Shown here in pieces: positions 61,940 to 64,000 of a stretch of 64,000 nucleotides of DNA (positions within the stretch are counted from its first letter, which is position 1; the number at the start of each line of letters is the position of its first letter). The stretch comes from Octopus sinensis (taxonomy: Eukaryota). Under the pieces are notes generated by a model. That model worked only from the letters and a program-made list of their open reading frames with translations, was not told where the DNA came from and made no database searches. The DNA lies in the NCBI RefSeq assembly GCF_006345805.1, contig NC_043004.1, forward strand, positions 21,204,001 to 21,268,000, read 5' to 3'. A program made the translations under genes and the position numbers.

Positions 61940-63400
61940 TTCTTATGGCAATCTGTTGTGGCAATATTGGGATGATTTTGGAATCAAAGAATGTGCAATG
62001 ATAAAGGTGATGTCAGGGAAGCAAATAAACTGTATTGGAATAGTCCCACCAAAGGATAAGAATGTAAGATCCTCTGATGCAGAAGATACATAAATATCTG
62101 GGATTACTAAAATAAGATAAAATCAAAAGTACAGAAATGAAAGAAACCCTCAGCAATATTTTTCACAGAATAAAGAAGATGCTAAAACCCAAATTTAATG
62201 TGAAAAACATCATACAAGCAATCAACAGAAGGGCAAAATCGTTATAAGTTATAAATCAGGTATCATTGAATGGATATGCTAAAGGGCAGCAGCAGGATAG
62301 TGAAGAAGCAACTCACAATGCACAGGGGCATGCATCCCAATCTGATGTGAGCTGGTTATAATGGAAAAGAACAAAACGAAGAAAAGGTTAATGAAAATCA
62401 AAATGATATTACATAAAACTAAAGAAGAGTATAGGTTCCTCTATGGAAGAAAAAGAAGAAACACTCCTTCTTAAAGTAACAAGTAAATAGCTATTTACAG
62501 AATGTGTGAAATCCAAAAAGAGAAAATAAGAATAAGTAGAAAAAAAGGAAATCAAAGTTTCATGGAAAGCTTCGCTCAGCATTTTTAAGAACCAAAAAAA
62601 AAAAATGAGGATAAGGGATGGCAAGAACAGCTGGCTACTGCTACAGAAAAAAAAACATACTGAAGAAAGAAACTGTAGGGTTGATCTTAGCAGCACAAGA
62701 ATAGATTGAAACAAGAGCATGATAAATCAACAAGAGTGCTCACCCAAATGCAGAGTACACATTGAATCAGGAGAAAAGATAACTAGGCACAGGAGTGACT
62801 GTGTGGTAAGTAGTTTGCTTACCAACCACATCATTCCAGGTTCAGTCCCACTGCGTGGCACCTTGGGCAAGTGTCTTCTACTATAGCCTCGGGCCAACCA
62901 AAGCCTTAAGAGTGGATTTGGTAGACAGAAACTGAAAGAAGCCCATCGTATTTATGCATATATATGTATGTGTATATATTTGTGCGTCTGTGTTTGTCCC
63001 TCCCAACATCGCTTGACAACCGTAACTTAGCAGTTCGGCAAAAGAGACTAATAGAATAAGTACTAGGCTTACAAAGAATAAGTCCTGGGATCGATTTGCT
63101 CAACTAAAGGCAGTGCTCCAGCATGGCCACAGTCAAATGACTGAAACAAATAAAAGAATAAAGAGAGTAACATCGTATTGAAATGTCCATAGTTATATCA
63201 GCATGAATACAAAAGGTGTGCAACAAAAGTTTGGCTTTGCATACTCAGGAAAAAGGCATAACAATTTTGTGGGAAGAGAAATGCATGCCATCAAGAATAA
63301 TGAGCGTGGTTGTTGTGGGAACTTTTATAAACCATAAGGGAAATAGATCACAACAGGAAGGATATTGTAATTACTGAGAAACTTGGTTTTGCAACTAAAA
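61940..63400 (+). mobile_element. Second R4/Dong-type remnant, interrupted by a SINE
   Basis: FGIKECAM, YKYLGLL..DKIKSTEMKE, KNIIQAIN, LTMHRGMHP.SDV, ETVGLILAAQE, KCP.L.Q.EYKR, LWE...DHNRKDIVI. Confidence 0.7.
62786..63168 (+). mobile_element. SINE family A inserted in the R4/Dong remnant
   Basis: Near full-length match to 10456-10876 with a small internal deletion. Confidence 0.9.
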
Positions 63401-64000
63401 TGCACCACTAATTAACAATTGGCTTGGGAATTGAGTCTTCTGGCATGGGGGTCATCTGGCATGGAGTCAATTGGCATGGAGCAAGGGAATGAAGTCTTCT
63501 GGGTGGTGTGAATGACTATGAGTTCTCAGCAGACCTCCCAATATCAATAAACACAATCAGAAATCACCAGGAAAGAATGGTTTGAGGCCAGATATTGTAT
63601 TCCATTCAAGTTCATCAAAGTAACTAATTTTGAGTGTAATGGAAGAAGCACACATGTTCAAGATAAAAACTACATCAGTCTGACCAATAGTCTTAAAAGC
63701 AACACCAGAAACAGTAAAGAAATGTACCAGTCGATATGATTGAGAAGAAACTAAACGACCTCCATAGAATTTGAAAGCAACATTTTTGTATTTTAATCCT
63801 AAGGGAAGTAATTATGAATGAGATATTGTGGAAGTGTCGATATTTCTCTGCTACTGTGATAACTAATGTTATTTCTTCTTTAACTATAACTTTCAAAGCT
63901 TGGAGATTACATCTAGTTTTCAACCAGATGAAATCTCCAAGTGCTTTGAGTGCACAAGTCTCTGATATCCAAGTGGCTAAAAGTCTCAGGAGAAGGCCAC

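Noticed and set aside
767-63923. Dozens of ORFs rich in YI/CV/HT, poly-N, poly-T, poly-D/E, poly-I or poly-L
   Set aside because: They are translations of di- and trinucleotide microsatellites or of SINE bodies; no domain content or splice context.

Overview
AT-rich, repeat-saturated eukaryotic DNA that looks like octopus (coleoid cephalopod) intronic or intergenic sequence. This assignment is inferred from the tRNA-derived SINE families, the (ATG)n-tailed SINE and the dense TA/CA/AAT/GAT microsatellites. No host protein-coding exon, rRNA, tRNA or CRISPR array can be supported. Nearly all ORFs in the track are microsatellite read-throughs or decayed transposon frames. Recognisable mobile elements are about 20 SINE copies in three families, a near full-length Tigger/pogo, Tc1, mariner (DD34D) and maT (DD37D) remnants, Helitron pieces, CR1/L2-type, RTE and R4/Dong-type LINE remnants, and several Penelope-like element (PLE) remnants. 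A near-perfect 1245-bp tandem duplication spans 18.8-21.3 kb. The most striking region is 47.4-50.7 kb. Three unrelated non-coding elements sit there in (TA)n arrays and carry six type I hammerhead ribozyme motifs (four intact, two degenerate). All six have unusually long rod-like stem II inserts and palindromic 6-nt stem III. They are arranged in inverted and tandem configurations typical of Penelope pseudo-LTRs or retrozymes. All alignments, foldings and counts were done by eye.
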